From the NCBI GenBank assembly GCA_903825105.1, contig CAIJZI010000009.1, positions 216 through 64,215 of the forward strand: DNA of 64,000 nucleotides. The letters run 5' to 3'. Origin of the DNA: an uncultured bacterium. Lineage in GTDB: Bacteria > Patescibacteriota > Minisyncoccia > Phycocordibacterales > Phycocordibacteraceae. A program made the translations under genes and the position numbers. The notes under the pieces were generated by a model, which made no database searches, was not told the origin of the DNA, and saw only the letters and a program-made list of their open reading frames with translations. Positions 20,411-29,292 of the stretch are shown here, piece after piece (the stretch's first letter is position 1; the number at the start of each line of letters is the position of its first letter).

Positions 20411-20477
20411 GCCATCGGCTGGTGCGGAAATGGATTTGTCAACCTATTTTCTGAGGGTTCGATTCCCTCCGGTGGCT
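20411..20477 (+). pseudogene. tRNA-like element without a D-stem (Thr-type acceptor, degenerate anticodon arm)
   Basis: GCCATCG/CGGTGGC acceptor, GAGGG-TTCGATT-CCCTC T-arm, 67 nt. Confidence 0.6.
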
Positions 20478-20485
20478 TGAAATGG

Positions 20486-20538
20486 TTATCCACAGCGTCG
20501 TTATAGATACTTGACACGAATATGTGGTTCGATATACT
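20486..20538 (+). promoter_or_regulatory. DnaA box plus sigma70 promoter
   Basis: TTATCCACA 20486-94; TTGACA 20511-16, N16, TATACT 20533-38. Confidence 0.7.
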
Positions 20539-20544
20539 TTCCAT

Positions 20545-20622
20545 ACGGGTTGACAAGTCCGTTTCCGAAGGTCGAACCTTCATACGCAAACCGCCGCTCG
20601 CAAGAGCGGCGGGTTGCTTTTT
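20545..20622 (+). ncRNA. Putative sRNA (two hairpins plus terminator)
   Basis: ACGGG..TCCGT, GAAGGT-CGA-ACCTTC, CCGCCGCTC-GCAA-GAGCGGCGG then T-tract; no ORF. Confidence 0.55.
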
Positions 20623-20689
20623 GCGTGCCCCAAAACACGGCGTACCTATACCCTCTTTTAGGACAAGGTTAAACCTTGTTTAGGCTAAT

Positions 20690-22375
20690 TTATTTCTTCT
20701 TTCTAGTAATCGCTGCTTTGAGGAATTCGGTAAAGAGCGGGTGCGGAGCGAGCGGGCGAGCTTGAAGCTCGGGGTGGAATTGTGTCCCGAGCATAAAAGG
20801 GTGCACCGACTTCGGCAATTCAGCGATCTCCATAAGAATCGAGTCGGGCGAGGTGCCCGAGAAGACGAGCCCAGCGTCTTCGAGCTGTTTAATATATTTT
20901 GGATTTATCTCGTAGCGATGACGATGACGCTCTTCTACCAACTCTTTTTTATACGCCGCGCGCGCGGTCGTTCCCTTTTTTAAATAACACGGATACACGC
21001 CGAGGCGCATCGTGCCGCCATATTTATTATCAGCAATATGCTTTTTCTGTTCGAGCATCACATCAACGACCGGGTCAGCTGCAGTTTTTTTAATTTCTGT
21101 CGTGTGGGCATCTTTAATCCCGAGGACATTGCGCGCGTACTCGACGACCATCAGCTGCATGCCGTAGCAGAGGCCGAAATAGGGGATCTTCTTTTCGCGG
21201 GCTAACTGAATCGCCTTTATTTTCCCTTCGATACCCGTCTCGCCGAAGCCACCAGGGACGATGATGCCGTCGAATTTCGCGAGCGCCGCTGCGGCGCTCG
21301 CGCCTCCCTTTCTTCCGCCAGAGGCGGATCCGCCTTCGGCGGACAAATCCTTCGCATTCACCCACGAGATTTTTGGCTTACGATTTAACTTCGCGGCAGA
21401 GAATTTAATCGCTTCAATCACCGAGAGATAAGCGTCCGAGAGCACGAAGTCGCCGGTGTCAAAATATTTCCCTACGATGGCGATATGTACTTCTTTTGCT
21501 TTTACATTTGTCGCTGCGGTGACAAACTTCTTCCACGCTGCGAGCGTGCTCTTATTCTTTTCTGGCAAGCGAAGCGCGTCGAGCAGAAGCTTGTCGAGGT
21601 GTTCGCGTTCGAAGTTGAGCGGCACTTCATAAATACTCTTGATGTCTGGGGCGGCGATAATTCTGTCTGGACGAACGCTACAGGATATCGCCAATTTTTC
21701 TTTCCGCTTCTCATCAATCTCGTGCGTCGAGCGCGCGACGATAAAGTCTGGCTGAACGCCATACGAATTAAGCGCGCGCACCGCCGACTGTGTCGGTTTC
21801 GTCTTCATCTCGCCAAGCGTCCCTGGCACAGGCAGATATGAGACCATCACGAAGAGGACATCGTCTGGCCTTTGCATCTTCAGCACACGCGCCGCTTCGA
21901 TAAAAAGGGCGTTTTGGAAATCGCCCACCGTACCGCCGATTTCAATAATAGAGACTCGGCTGTCGTTACCGACAGCCGAGGCCTCAATTCTATTTAAAAT
22001 TTCGTCGCGCACATGCGGAATCGTCTCAACGCATTTCCCGCCGTAGCCGAGCGCGCGCTCACGCTCGATCACCGAGCGATACACCATTCCGCTCGTCATA
22101 TAATCCTGATTGCTCAAATCGCGATTCAAAAATCGTTCATAATTCCCCATATCCTGATCGGTCTCGAGCCCACTGCGCAGGACGAAAGTCTCGCCGTGCT
22201 CGGTCGGGTTCATCGTCCCCGCGTCGACATTTAAATACGGATCTATTTTTACCAAGTTTACCGGATACCCTTTTTGTTGAAGCAGGAGCCCGATCGAACT
22301 CGCGACAACACCCTTACCAACGCCACTCATCACGCCTCCAAGGACGAATATATATTTATGATCTTCTCTACCCAT
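20690..22375 (-). CDS. pyrG: CTP synthase
   Basis: GGVMSGVGKG, DPYLNVDAGTM, GLCYGMQ, QFHPE. Confidence 0.97.
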   Translation of the reverse strand: MGREDHKYIFVLGGVMSGVGKGVVASSIGLLLQQKGYPVNLVKIDPYLNVDAGTMNPTEHGETFVLRSGLETDQDMGNYERFLNRDLSNQDYMTSGMVYRSVIERERALGYGGKCVETIPHVRDEILNRIEASAVGNDSRVSIIEIGGTVGDFQNALFIEAARVLKMQRPDDVLFVMVSYLPVPGTLGEMKTKPTQSAVRALNSYGVQPDFIVARSTHEIDEKRKEKLAISCSVRPDRIIAAPDIKSIYEVPLNFEREHLDKLLLDALRLPEKNKSTLAAWKKFVTAATNVKAKEVHIAIVGKYFDTGDFVLSDAYLSVIEAIKFSAAKLNRKPKISWVNAKDLSAEGGSASGGRKGGASAAAALAKFDGIIVPGGFGETGIEGKIKAIQLAREKKIPYFGLCYGMQLMVVEYARNVLGIKDAHTTEIKKTAADPVVDVMLEQKKHIADNKYGGTMRLGVYPCYLKKGTTARAAYKKELVEERHRHRYEINPKYIKQLEDAGLVFSGTSPDSILMEIAELPKSVHPFMLGTQFHPELQARPLAPHPLFTEFLKAAITRKKK

Positions 22376-22376
22376 A

Positions 22377-23306
22377 TCAAATCGTTAAATATTTTCTAAT
22401 CGCTAACAATGACGCCGCCCCGCCGAGCACAATTCCCGAGACAAGCAGAATGATGAATATGAGGAAGAAGTGATCGGTATAATAGTTCGAGACATTAAAG
22501 CCGCCGAGCCAGCCCGATGTTTTCATTCCAGCATACCAGGTCGCTGGCCAGAGGATAAATAAAACAAGAATCGTCGCAATGATGCCATTAATAATACCCG
22601 CGACGATAAACGGCCCGCGGATGTAGGAGTTACTCGCGCCAACGAGCCGCATCACCGCGATTTCATCTTTCGCCGTATAGATAGCGAGGCGAATCGTCGC
22701 GAATGCGATAAGAATCGAAGCGAGTGCGAAGAGGACAACAATCGCGAAGCCAATTTCTTTTGTCGCTTGCATCGCGAGCGAGAGACGATCGATCACTTCT
22801 TTATTTTGTTGATAATTAATACGGTCAATGAGAGAAGAACCGCCTGCTGATAAGGCTGGTGAGGCCTCGAGGAAGCTCACGATACTGTCATATTCTGACG
22901 GATCTTTTGCACGCACTTCAAGAGAAGCATCAAGAGGGTTCCCACCGAGTTCATCGAGCGCCTGAAGCGTTAATTGGTCAGTCGCGTGACGAGCGCGAAA
23001 TGCTGTAAGAGCCTCGTCAGCAGAGGTGTACGAAACATTCTCGACTTGAGGTAATTTCTCGAGTTGGCTCTTTACAGAGAGAATGCCGCTCTCGCTCGCT
23101 GTTGTGACGAAATAAACGGAGACATCAACCTTATCCTTAATCGCATCGAGCGTGAATGACAATAATGCCGAGAGGAAAATGAGCGAACCGATAATCGCGA
23201 GCGTCACCGTCATAATAATGACCGTTGCAGCAGAAACAGCTCCGCCACGAATAAAATTTTTCCCTCCGCTCACGAGCACTCTTTTTATCGCCATCCAGTT
23301 GTTCAT
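22377..23306 (-). CDS. ftsX: Cell division permease FtsX
   Basis: EIAVMRLVGAS..IRGPF; downstream of ftsE. Confidence 0.9.
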   Translation of the reverse strand: MNNWMAIKRVLVSGGKNFIRGGAVSAATVIIMTVTLAIIGSLIFLSALLSFTLDAIKDKVDVSVYFVTTASESGILSVKSQLEKLPQVENVSYTSADEALTAFRARHATDQLTLQALDELGGNPLDASLEVRAKDPSEYDSIVSFLEASPALSAGGSSLIDRINYQQNKEVIDRLSLAMQATKEIGFAIVVLFALASILIAFATIRLAIYTAKDEIAVMRLVGASNSYIRGPFIVAGIINGIIATILVLFILWPATWYAGMKTSGWLGGFNVSNYYTDHFFLIFIILLVSGIVLGGAASLLAIRKYLTI

Positions 23307-23330
23307 AAGTTTATTGTATCAGACGCCATT

Positions 23331-24008
23331 TCATAAGATATATTTCCCGTCTGCGTCATCACGCACGAGGCGGCCGCGGTCCATCGTGACCACGCGTCTG
23401 CCGATCGCGTCAACGACGCCCTTGTTGTGCGTCGTGATAAGTACCGTCGTGCCGAGCTCGTTAATCTTTTTCAAAATTTCGACGATTTCATAGGTATTGA
23501 TAGGGTCGAGATTGCCAGTTGGCTCGTCGGCGATGATGAGCTCGGGCTGATTAATAATCGCTCTGCCAATCGCCACACGCTGTTTCTCGCCGCCAGAGAG
23601 CTGATCGGGGAAATGCGAGGCTTTATCTGAAAGATTCACGAGTTCGAGGATGTAGGGCACATCGCTCGCGATCTCTGAATCGGTTCTGCCAGCCGCTTCC
23701 ATCGCGAAGGCGATATTCTCATATGCGGTCTTATTTGGAATGAGGCGAAAATCTTGGAAGACCATCCCGATCTTTCGGCGATAGTGGTGAAGCGCCGAAC
23801 TCGGCAAGTCATTAACATTCACGGATTGAAAAAATACTGAGCCTTCAGTTGGGGACTCTTCGGCGAGAAGCAATTTAAGAAGCGTCGTCTTCCCTGCGCC
23901 CGAGTGTCCGACAATCGAGACGAATTCTTTTGGGGCGATAGATAGAGTAACCTCTTCAAGCGCGGCGGCATTCCCATATTTCTTCGTCACCTTGTCGAAG
24001 TAAATCAT
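23331..24008 (-). CDS. ftsE: Cell division ATPase FtsE
   Basis: GHSGAGKTT, VFQDFRL, ADEPTGNLDP. Confidence 0.93.
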   Translation of the reverse strand: MIYFDKVTKKYGNAAALEEVTLSIAPKEFVSIVGHSGAGKTTLLKLLLAEESPTEGSVFFQSVNVNDLPSSALHHYRRKIGMVFQDFRLIPNKTAYENIAFAMEAAGRTDSEIASDVPYILELVNLSDKASHFPDQLSGGEKQRVAIGRAIINQPELIIADEPTGNLDPINTYEIVEILKKINELGTTVLITTHNKGVVDAIGRRVVTMDRGRLVRDDADGKYIL

Positions 24009-24017
24009 TGTCGCCTT

Positions 24018-24914
24018 TTATTGTACCTCATCCGCGCGCGTTCCGTCGAGTGTGGACGCAGCGTCGATAAATTCGTCGAGATCGCCCTCGAGAACTTTGT
24101 CCGGATTACCCGATTCGTGACCGGTACGGTGGTCCTTCACCATTTTATAGGGGTGGAGAACATAGGAACGGATCTGACTGCCCCACTCGTTCGCTGTTGT
24201 CGCCGCGATACTTCTCCCCTTCGCCTCTGCGTCGCGTTCTGCTTCTTCTTTTTTAAATATTTTTGCTTTTAAGAGTTCAAGTGCTTTTTCTTTATTTGCT
24301 AATTGGCTGCGTTCGCTCGAAATATGCACAGAGATATTGGTCGGCTTATGGAGAATGCGTACCGCCGTCTCGCGTTTATTCACATTCTGTCCTCCTGCGC
24401 CGCCACTGCGTGCGAATTGGATTTCTAAATCGTCTGGCTTCAATTCAATTTTGTCAGTCGCGACAAGCGTCGGCAGAACTTCAACCAGTGCAAAAGAAGT
24501 TTGGCGCTTCGCGTTGGCATTAAAGGGCGATTGACGCACGAGCCTGTGCACGCCCGATTCGTGCTTGAGCCGACCATAAACGCCAGCACCCGAAATTTCT
24601 AATAAAAAGTTTCTATACCCACCGTGATCATTCTCGTTCGCGTGGAGCTCGTGTACACGCCAACCTTTTTTACTCGCATAGCCTTCATACATTCTGCGCA
24701 GCATCCGCGCGAAGTCTTCAGCGTCGTCGCCGCCAGCGCCAGCGAGAATCGCGAGGGTCGCATTACCAGAATCGTGCCCGTCGCCAGAATTATTCTCTTT
24801 TAACGACTGGTATTCCTGCACGAGCGCCTGTGCCTTCTCTTTATCCAACCAGAAGTCGGGCGATGACATCATCGCTTCAAGTTCTCGCATTCGTTCTTCT
24901 CTTTCTTTCTCCAT
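24018..24914 (-). CDS. prfB: Peptide chain release factor 2 (shortened)
   Basis: SPF and GGQ motifs, [13 protein letters not shown]. Confidence 0.92.
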   Translation of the reverse strand: MEKEREERMRELEAMMSSPDFWLDKEKAQALVQEYQSLKENNSGDGHDSGNATLAILAGAGGDDAEDFARMLRRMYEGYASKKGWRVHELHANENDHGGYRNFLLEISGAGVYGRLKHESGVHRLVRQSPFNANAKRQTSFALVEVLPTLVATDKIELKPDDLEIQFARSGGAGGQNVNKRETAVRILHKPTNISVHISSERSQLANKEKALELLKAKIFKKEEAERDAEAKGRSIAATTANEWGSQIRSYVLHPYKMVKDHRTGHESGNPDKVLEGDLDEFIDAASTLDGTRADEVQ

Positions 24915-24945
24915 AAGCTTTAGTATATCAAATTTTCAAGGGTAC

Positions 24946-24973
24946 TTGACAGGATAGCCAAGAGGTGTATAAT
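24946..24973 (+). promoter_or_regulatory. Consensus sigma70 promoter of the NUDIX gene
   Basis: TTGACA-N16-TATAAT; SD AAGGAGGT before ATG 24995. Confidence 0.75.
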
Positions 24974-24994
24974 AGAGGGCAGAAGGAGGTGCTT

Positions 24995-25432
24995 ATGAGC
25001 ACCCAAGGAGTTCTTGTTGACCTGGGGGCGGTAATGACTTATATCGTGTCCCCGACGCGGACTGTTCTCGTAAAGGACATGTCCAAAAAAAATCCGCTGT
25101 TCAAACTCCCAGGCGGAGGAATCGAGGAGGGAGAAGATGTCGTAGCGACCGCCATCCGCGAAGTCGCTGAGGAAACAGGGATCAAACTCTCGCCCTCTGA
25201 AATCGAGTGGTGGTATCCGGAAGAGCGGGAAAACGGTCGCTATCTTCCCCACTTCTGCGTGGCGAGAATCTCGGAAGAGAAACTCGACACCTACACAAAA
25301 ATCGGTGACGAGGATGGGGTGCCGATAAAGGTGGAAGTCTTCGACCGCGCCGAAGTATCCGAGCTCGGAAATGACTCGGTGCTCTCGAAACACCTGCGTC
25401 TCATTCTAGACGCAGAAAGCAAGATTAACTAA
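24995..25432 (+). CDS. NUDIX hydrolase
   Basis: Nudix box GGGIEEGEDVVATAIREVAEETG. Confidence 0.88.
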   Translation: MSTQGVLVDLGAVMTYIVSPTRTVLVKDMSKKNPLFKLPGGGIEEGEDVVATAIREVAEETGIKLSPSEIEWWYPEERENGRYLPHFCVARISEEKLDTYTKIGDEDGVPIKVEVFDRAEVSELGNDSVLSKHLRLILDAESKIN

Positions 25433-25433
25433 C

Positions 25434-25480
25434 ACAGGCTCGGAATCACCTTAAGTTTAGGTGGCTCCGAGCCTGTTTTC
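25434..25480. terminator. Intrinsic terminator
   Basis: ACAGGCTCGGA...TCCGAGCCTGT then T-tract. Confidence 0.75.
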
Positions 25481-25510
25481 TTTTTCTATTTTTTCTTTTT
25501 CTATTTTCTG

Positions 25511-25583
25511 AGCCACCCCGGAGAATCGGACTCCGGACCTTCGCGTTACGAATGCGATGCTCTACCAACTGAGCTAGGGTGGC
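25511..25583 (-). tRNA. tRNA-Thr(CGT)
   Basis: GCCACCC/GGGTGGC; TCGCA-TTCGTAA-CGCGA; T-loop TCCGATT. Confidence 0.9.
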
Positions 25584-25629
25584 ACAAGAAGAGAATAACA
25601 CACGCTTTCACGAACGAGAATCTTTTTTG

Positions 25630-25882
25630 AGCCGAGAGTCGGGATTGAACCGACGACCTCATCCTTCGCTTATACCTCATCTTCTAAGCCACATAATGAG
25701 GGCTAGACTGTATCTTTTCGCTTTTGAGCGAACCCTTGTCAGTCGTTCGGGCGCTTGGGCGCCACGGTCTTGGCTTGTGGAGCTATTAACCGTTATTCGG
25801 GATTCACGATCCTCTCTCGAGAACCGTGGGCAGGATTTTGCGACCCACCATGGATGTGCTCTACCAACTGAGCTATCTCGGC
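25630..25882 (-). tRNA. tRNA-Thr(GGT) split by an intron (exons 25882-25847 and 25666-25630)
   Basis: Joined exons give a 73-nt cloverleaf with CATCC-ATGGTAA-GGATG anticodon arm. Confidence 0.9.
25667..25846 (-). ncRNA. Group I self-splicing intron (180 nt, no ORF) at tRNA position 36/37
   Basis: Exon ends in U, intron ends in G; P1 GGU|GGG:CCUGCC with U-G pair; P7 ACGACUG:CAGUCU; J8/7 AAGAUA; P2, P4, P6, P8, P9 stems. Confidence 0.88.
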
Positions 25883-25981
25883 GAAGTGAGGAAGAAAGCG
25901 TGTATGTCTGCATATACACTTTCTTTCCGAACGAGCCGAGGAAAACTTTTTCGAGTCTTCGAGAAACAAGTTTATCGCGGC
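25883..25981 (-). repeat. Palindromic leader with a duplicated tRNA-Thr 5' end
   Basis: GCCGCGATA (25981-73) vs tRNA GCCGAGATA; TCGTTCGGA..CCTCACTTC element. Confidence 0.7.
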
Positions 25982-26063
25982 AATCATCCTCCTATCGCAC
26001 CATTTGAGTCTACGCTATTTCTCTTCCCTTTTCAAAGCCGACGCTTCGGTCGGCTCTCCGCCT

Positions 26064-26396
26064 TCATACGGCGGAGTACACTAATATACCAATCACTAAT
26101 ATCAAATCGAAGATCACGACGAGGGTGTTGGCGAAGAATAGTTGTTTATCTTTATGAATCGCGCCATAGATCATCCACAAAATGTTGAAGAAGGTAATGA
26201 GCACCCAAGTCATCAGCGAGACGCCAGCAGTGTTTTTTGTAATATAAATATCTCTAATCTGCGGGAAGAGCGACACCGGCCCGATAAAGCCAGCGACATA
26301 CATCAGGTAGTCAAAGTATCTCTCGAGCGTCTTTTCTGATGGAAATGGTTTTAGATTATTTCGCATGCGCGCGCGGATATGGTGGAAACCAGTCAT
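26064..26396 (-). CDS. SemiSWEET/PQ-loop transporter
   Basis: FPQI..K.TAGVSL..W..YG..N pattern. Confidence 0.85.
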   Translation of the reverse strand: MTGFHHIRARMRNNLKPFPSEKTLERYFDYLMYVAGFIGPVSLFPQIRDIYITKNTAGVSLMTWVLITFFNILWMIYGAIHKDKQLFFANTLVVIFDLILVIGILVYSAV

Positions 26397-26410
26397 GCTA
26401 TAGTTATAGC

Positions 26411-26764
26411 ATGGAAGGACTCACTAATTATGAAAAAACAGAGCGCCCGTGGGGAAACTTCGAGCGCTTCACGCTCAATGAATCGTCAACGGTAAAAATA
26501 ATTTCTGTAAAAGGTGGCGAGGAGTTAAGCCTGCAAATGCATTTTCACCGCGACGAGTTTGGAAAAATATTAAAAGGTAATGGCACTCTGCAAGTTGGAG
26601 AAAGTGAACGAGAAGTAAAAGAGGGCGACTCATTTTTTATCCCGCGAGAAACAAAGCACCGGGTGACCGCGGGCGCGAGCGGTATCGATTATCTCGAAAT
26701 CGCCTTTGGCGAATTCGATGAGGAGGACGAGACGCGCATCGAAGACGATTACGGGAGGATTTAG
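26411..26764 (+). CDS. Cupin (mannose-6-phosphate isomerase C-terminal type)
   Basis: ERPWG, LSLQMHFHRDE, RIEDDYGR. Confidence 0.85.
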   Translation: MEGLTNYEKTERPWGNFERFTLNESSTVKIISVKGGEELSLQMHFHRDEFGKILKGNGTLQVGESEREVKEGDSFFIPRETKHRVTAGASGIDYLEIAFGEFDEEDETRIEDDYGRI

Positions 26765-26825
26765 ACAAAAAGAACCCCGCACACCTCTCGCTTAAAAAGC
26801 GATTGATATGCGGGATCCGTGCCCA

Positions 26826-27299
26826 CTAGTTAAGCTGCTGGAATCCCATCAGAGAATAAACCCGTTGATGGACCCCGTTGTATACAACCGGACACAACCT
26901 CGTGCCTTTTGTCGGACAATTCAAGAGACACACTCGTGCATCCCACCCATTGGCAATTACTCTCGAACCGAGCGCTATGACGGCAGCCCTCCCATCCTCC
27001 GAAGGAAAAACGTCCTTATGGAAAGAGAAGGCGAGATGCCAAGCGGTCGGAAGATTCCAACCAGCAGACACGATGGCGTCCTGCTCTTCTTCCCAATCGG
27101 GAGAGAACAGGTGGCCATTTGTCTTATGAAAGAGGATCCCTTCGAACTTGAAGGTTTTTCTAATTCCGCAATCAGTCTTGACCTGGTCAGCGATGTCATC
27201 GCAGACACCCAAAGGGCGGCCAGTTTTCTTCTCGATAAGCGACCGAAACTTTGAGTGATATGTACCTTCGAAACGGAAAGGCTTTCCTTTTGTGAACAT
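26826..27299 (-). CDS. Hypothetical protein
   Basis: SD GGGGAG before ATG 27299 (MFTKGKP); hairpin terminator downstream. Confidence 0.5.
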   Translation of the reverse strand: MFTKGKPFRFEGTYHSKFRSLIEKKTGRPLGVCDDIADQVKTDCGIRKTFKFEGILFHKTNGHLFSPDWEEEQDAIVSAGWNLPTAWHLAFSFHKDVFPSEDGRAAVIALGSRVIANGWDARVCLLNCPTKGTRLCPVVYNGVHQRVYSLMGFQQLN

Positions 27300-27429
27300 T
27301 GTTCTCCCCGATTTACAAGATTTTGAAAAAGAGCAGATACGCTCCACGGGCAGTATATACCGCCTTGATTTATTAGCAATGCTTCGCATAAAAACGGGCG
27401 CCCACTGAGGTGAGCGCCCGATCAAACGA

Positions 27430-27654
27430 TCAACCTGCTTCATCAAAACCGATTTTGAGCTGACCGTACAATTCAAGCTGTTTGTGTTTCGGGATTTCTC
27501 CGATCAAGAGCTCCAAGGAGGTGAGAAAATCCTCAATGTCACTCTTGAGATCTTGGCTCGTTGAACATTTTGTCCTGAACAAGGCGACGAGAAGTTTCAT
27601 TCTCGTTGAAAGACTTTTGTCGAGAGTCAGTGCCTCTTGCGCTGCGATCGTCAT
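27430..27654 (-). CDS. Hypothetical small protein
   Basis: SD GAGGT before ATG 27654; terminator 27391-27420. Confidence 0.5.
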   Translation of the reverse strand: MTIAAQEALTLDKSLSTRMKLLVALFRTKCSTSQDLKSDIEDFLTSLELLIGEIPKHKQLELYGQLKIGFDEAG

Positions 27655-27761
27655 TTTAATACCTCGCTCGAATCCGTTTGAACTGTACTCCTCAACAAAA
27701 TAGAAAGCAATATTTAGAAAAACCCGCCGGCGGAGCCGGCGGGGATCGATTAGAGAAAGAA

Positions 27762-28634
27762 CTATTTCATACAGAGTGCACCTTCTTTGATCCACGAATA
27801 CGCGACCGTCCCGTTCTGAAAGACGACGAGCTGACGCACGAAGTCTTTGTGCGGGTCGTGCTTCGTCACATAGTCGGTGAGACGCAGGATCGCGCCGTTG
27901 TAGTCGTAGACGCCGCCACCCCACACATGTCCGTGGCAGAGCTTCGTATTCTTGCGAAGCCACCAGCGAATAGAGAGAATGCCGAGCCGCGATGGGGTGA
28001 ATTCACTGCGCGATCCGTCCGGATTCCCGACCGGCCACGAAGTGATGTTATCGACGCCGTAGTCGTTGATGAGTCTGCTCACCGCTGATTCGTATGATTC
28101 TGCGTTATCGACGCCGCCACGCCGCAGAAGGAGCGTGCCGCGCACACCGACACCAAACTTCCTGATGTCCTCGAATATTTTTCGAAACTCAGGATATCTG
28201 GGAAGTCGGTATGCAGCAGCCTGTTCGGCCTGATCAACTGAATGAATTGAGATGGCGATGTTCGTGAGTCCAAGTTCCCTCCAGCGAGGCAGCCACCGTT
28301 CGCAGAATGATTCATTCGCGAAGAGTATGCCGTTTGTAAAGAGATTCACATTTGGGAAGTACGCGCCCTGATCCGCACATTTTTTGTACACTTCGAGCGC
28401 TTTGGTCACCGCAGACGGGCTACAGGTTGGCTCGCCGCTGCTCGTTAAAGAGAGCGACCAGCCGCCATAGCGAGCACAAAGCTTAATCGCCGCCTCATAA
28501 TTCTTCCAATAAAGCGGGTTGTCTATCTCCGCATCCGGGCGAAGATATTTGCCAGCGCAGAATGCACAATTGCCATTACACGCGCCACTCCCGACAAGCG
28601 CCGAAACGCTGTAGATTTTTTCAATGCACGCCAT
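27762..28634 (-). CDS. Radical SAM protein
   Basis: CNGNCAFC (CxxxCxxC), SGEPT, FTNG, ISIH; SD AAGGAGG; terminator 27718-27745. Confidence 0.88.
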   Translation of the reverse strand: MACIEKIYSVSALVGSGACNGNCAFCAGKYLRPDAEIDNPLYWKNYEAAIKLCARYGGWSLSLTSSGEPTCSPSAVTKALEVYKKCADQGAYFPNVNLFTNGILFANESFCERWLPRWRELGLTNIAISIHSVDQAEQAAAYRLPRYPEFRKIFEDIRKFGVGVRGTLLLRRGGVDNAESYESAVSRLINDYGVDNITSWPVGNPDGSRSEFTPSRLGILSIRWWLRKNTKLCHGHVWGGGVYDYNGAILRLTDYVTKHDPHKDFVRQLVVFQNGTVAYSWIKEGALCMK

Positions 28635-28698
28635 AGTTCCTCCTTATCAAAAAACCGCTCTCCGTTTATGAGTATGCGGGTGATAGAAAAGATTAAAA

Positions 28699-28756
28699 TG
28701 GCTATATGTTGTGCTTTTTTAATATAAATATGCTTGCTTATGACTATATATTGTCG
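28699..28756. promoter_or_regulatory. Two NrdR-box-like sites
   Basis: CTATATGTTGTG (28703) and CTATATATTGTC (28744), 41 bp apart, next to nrdR. Confidence 0.6.
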
Positions 28757-28768
28757 TATGATGTGCTT

Positions 28769-29224
28769 ATGAAATGCATTTACTGTCAGCAGAGCGGGAC
28801 CGAGGTGGCGAACTCGCGTTCGGTAGCGCGCGATACGAGCATCTGGCGACGCAGGCACTGTTCTTCTTGTGGAAAGACATTTACCACACGCGAAACATCG
28901 GTTGGCGATAATTTATTTGTGATAAAAAGAAATGGATCACGACAACGATTTGTATATGAAAAGTTTTTTGCTTCGATTTATTTCGTCTTACATACCGGCA
29001 AAAAGAGCGACAGCGGCGATTCTGCAAAGATGGCAAAAGAGGTCACCCTCGCGGTACTCGAACAAGTGTTTTTGAATAATAAAGGAAAGGAGGTGCGGAC
29101 AAGTAAGCTTATAGAGCTCACTTATAAAGAATTACGAAAGATTAATCGTTCGGTCGCCTTCGCCTACGGCACCTATTCTGAATATCGCTCTAAAAAGCTC
29201 ATACAAATGGGCTTTATGGTGTAG
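28769..29224 (+). CDS. nrdR: NrdR-like repressor (Zn ribbon plus ATP cone)
   Basis: MKCIYC..NSR..IWRRRHCSSCGKTFTTRE..VIKRNG. Confidence 0.85.
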   Translation: MKCIYCQQSGTEVANSRSVARDTSIWRRRHCSSCGKTFTTRETSVGDNLFVIKRNGSRQRFVYEKFFASIYFVLHTGKKSDSGDSAKMAKEVTLAVLEQVFLNNKGKEVRTSKLIELTYKELRKINRSVAFAYGTYSEYRSKKLIQMGFMV

Positions 29225-29292
29225 AATCGCCAGTACTTGCATTTATTATTATATGGGTTAGGATACTCGCACGGGAAATTGGAGCCCGTAAG

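Noticed and set aside
20486-20494. oriC
   Set aside because: Single dispersed DnaA boxes, no cluster and no dnaA or dnaN nearby
25667-25850. Alternative splice at 33/34 giving tRNA-Arg(GCG)
   Set aside because: The intron would end in A, not G, and the acceptor stem is Thr-type
25579-26188. ORFs over the split tRNA, possible homing endonuclease
   Set aside because: Overlap tRNA exons and the intron core; no endonuclease motifs
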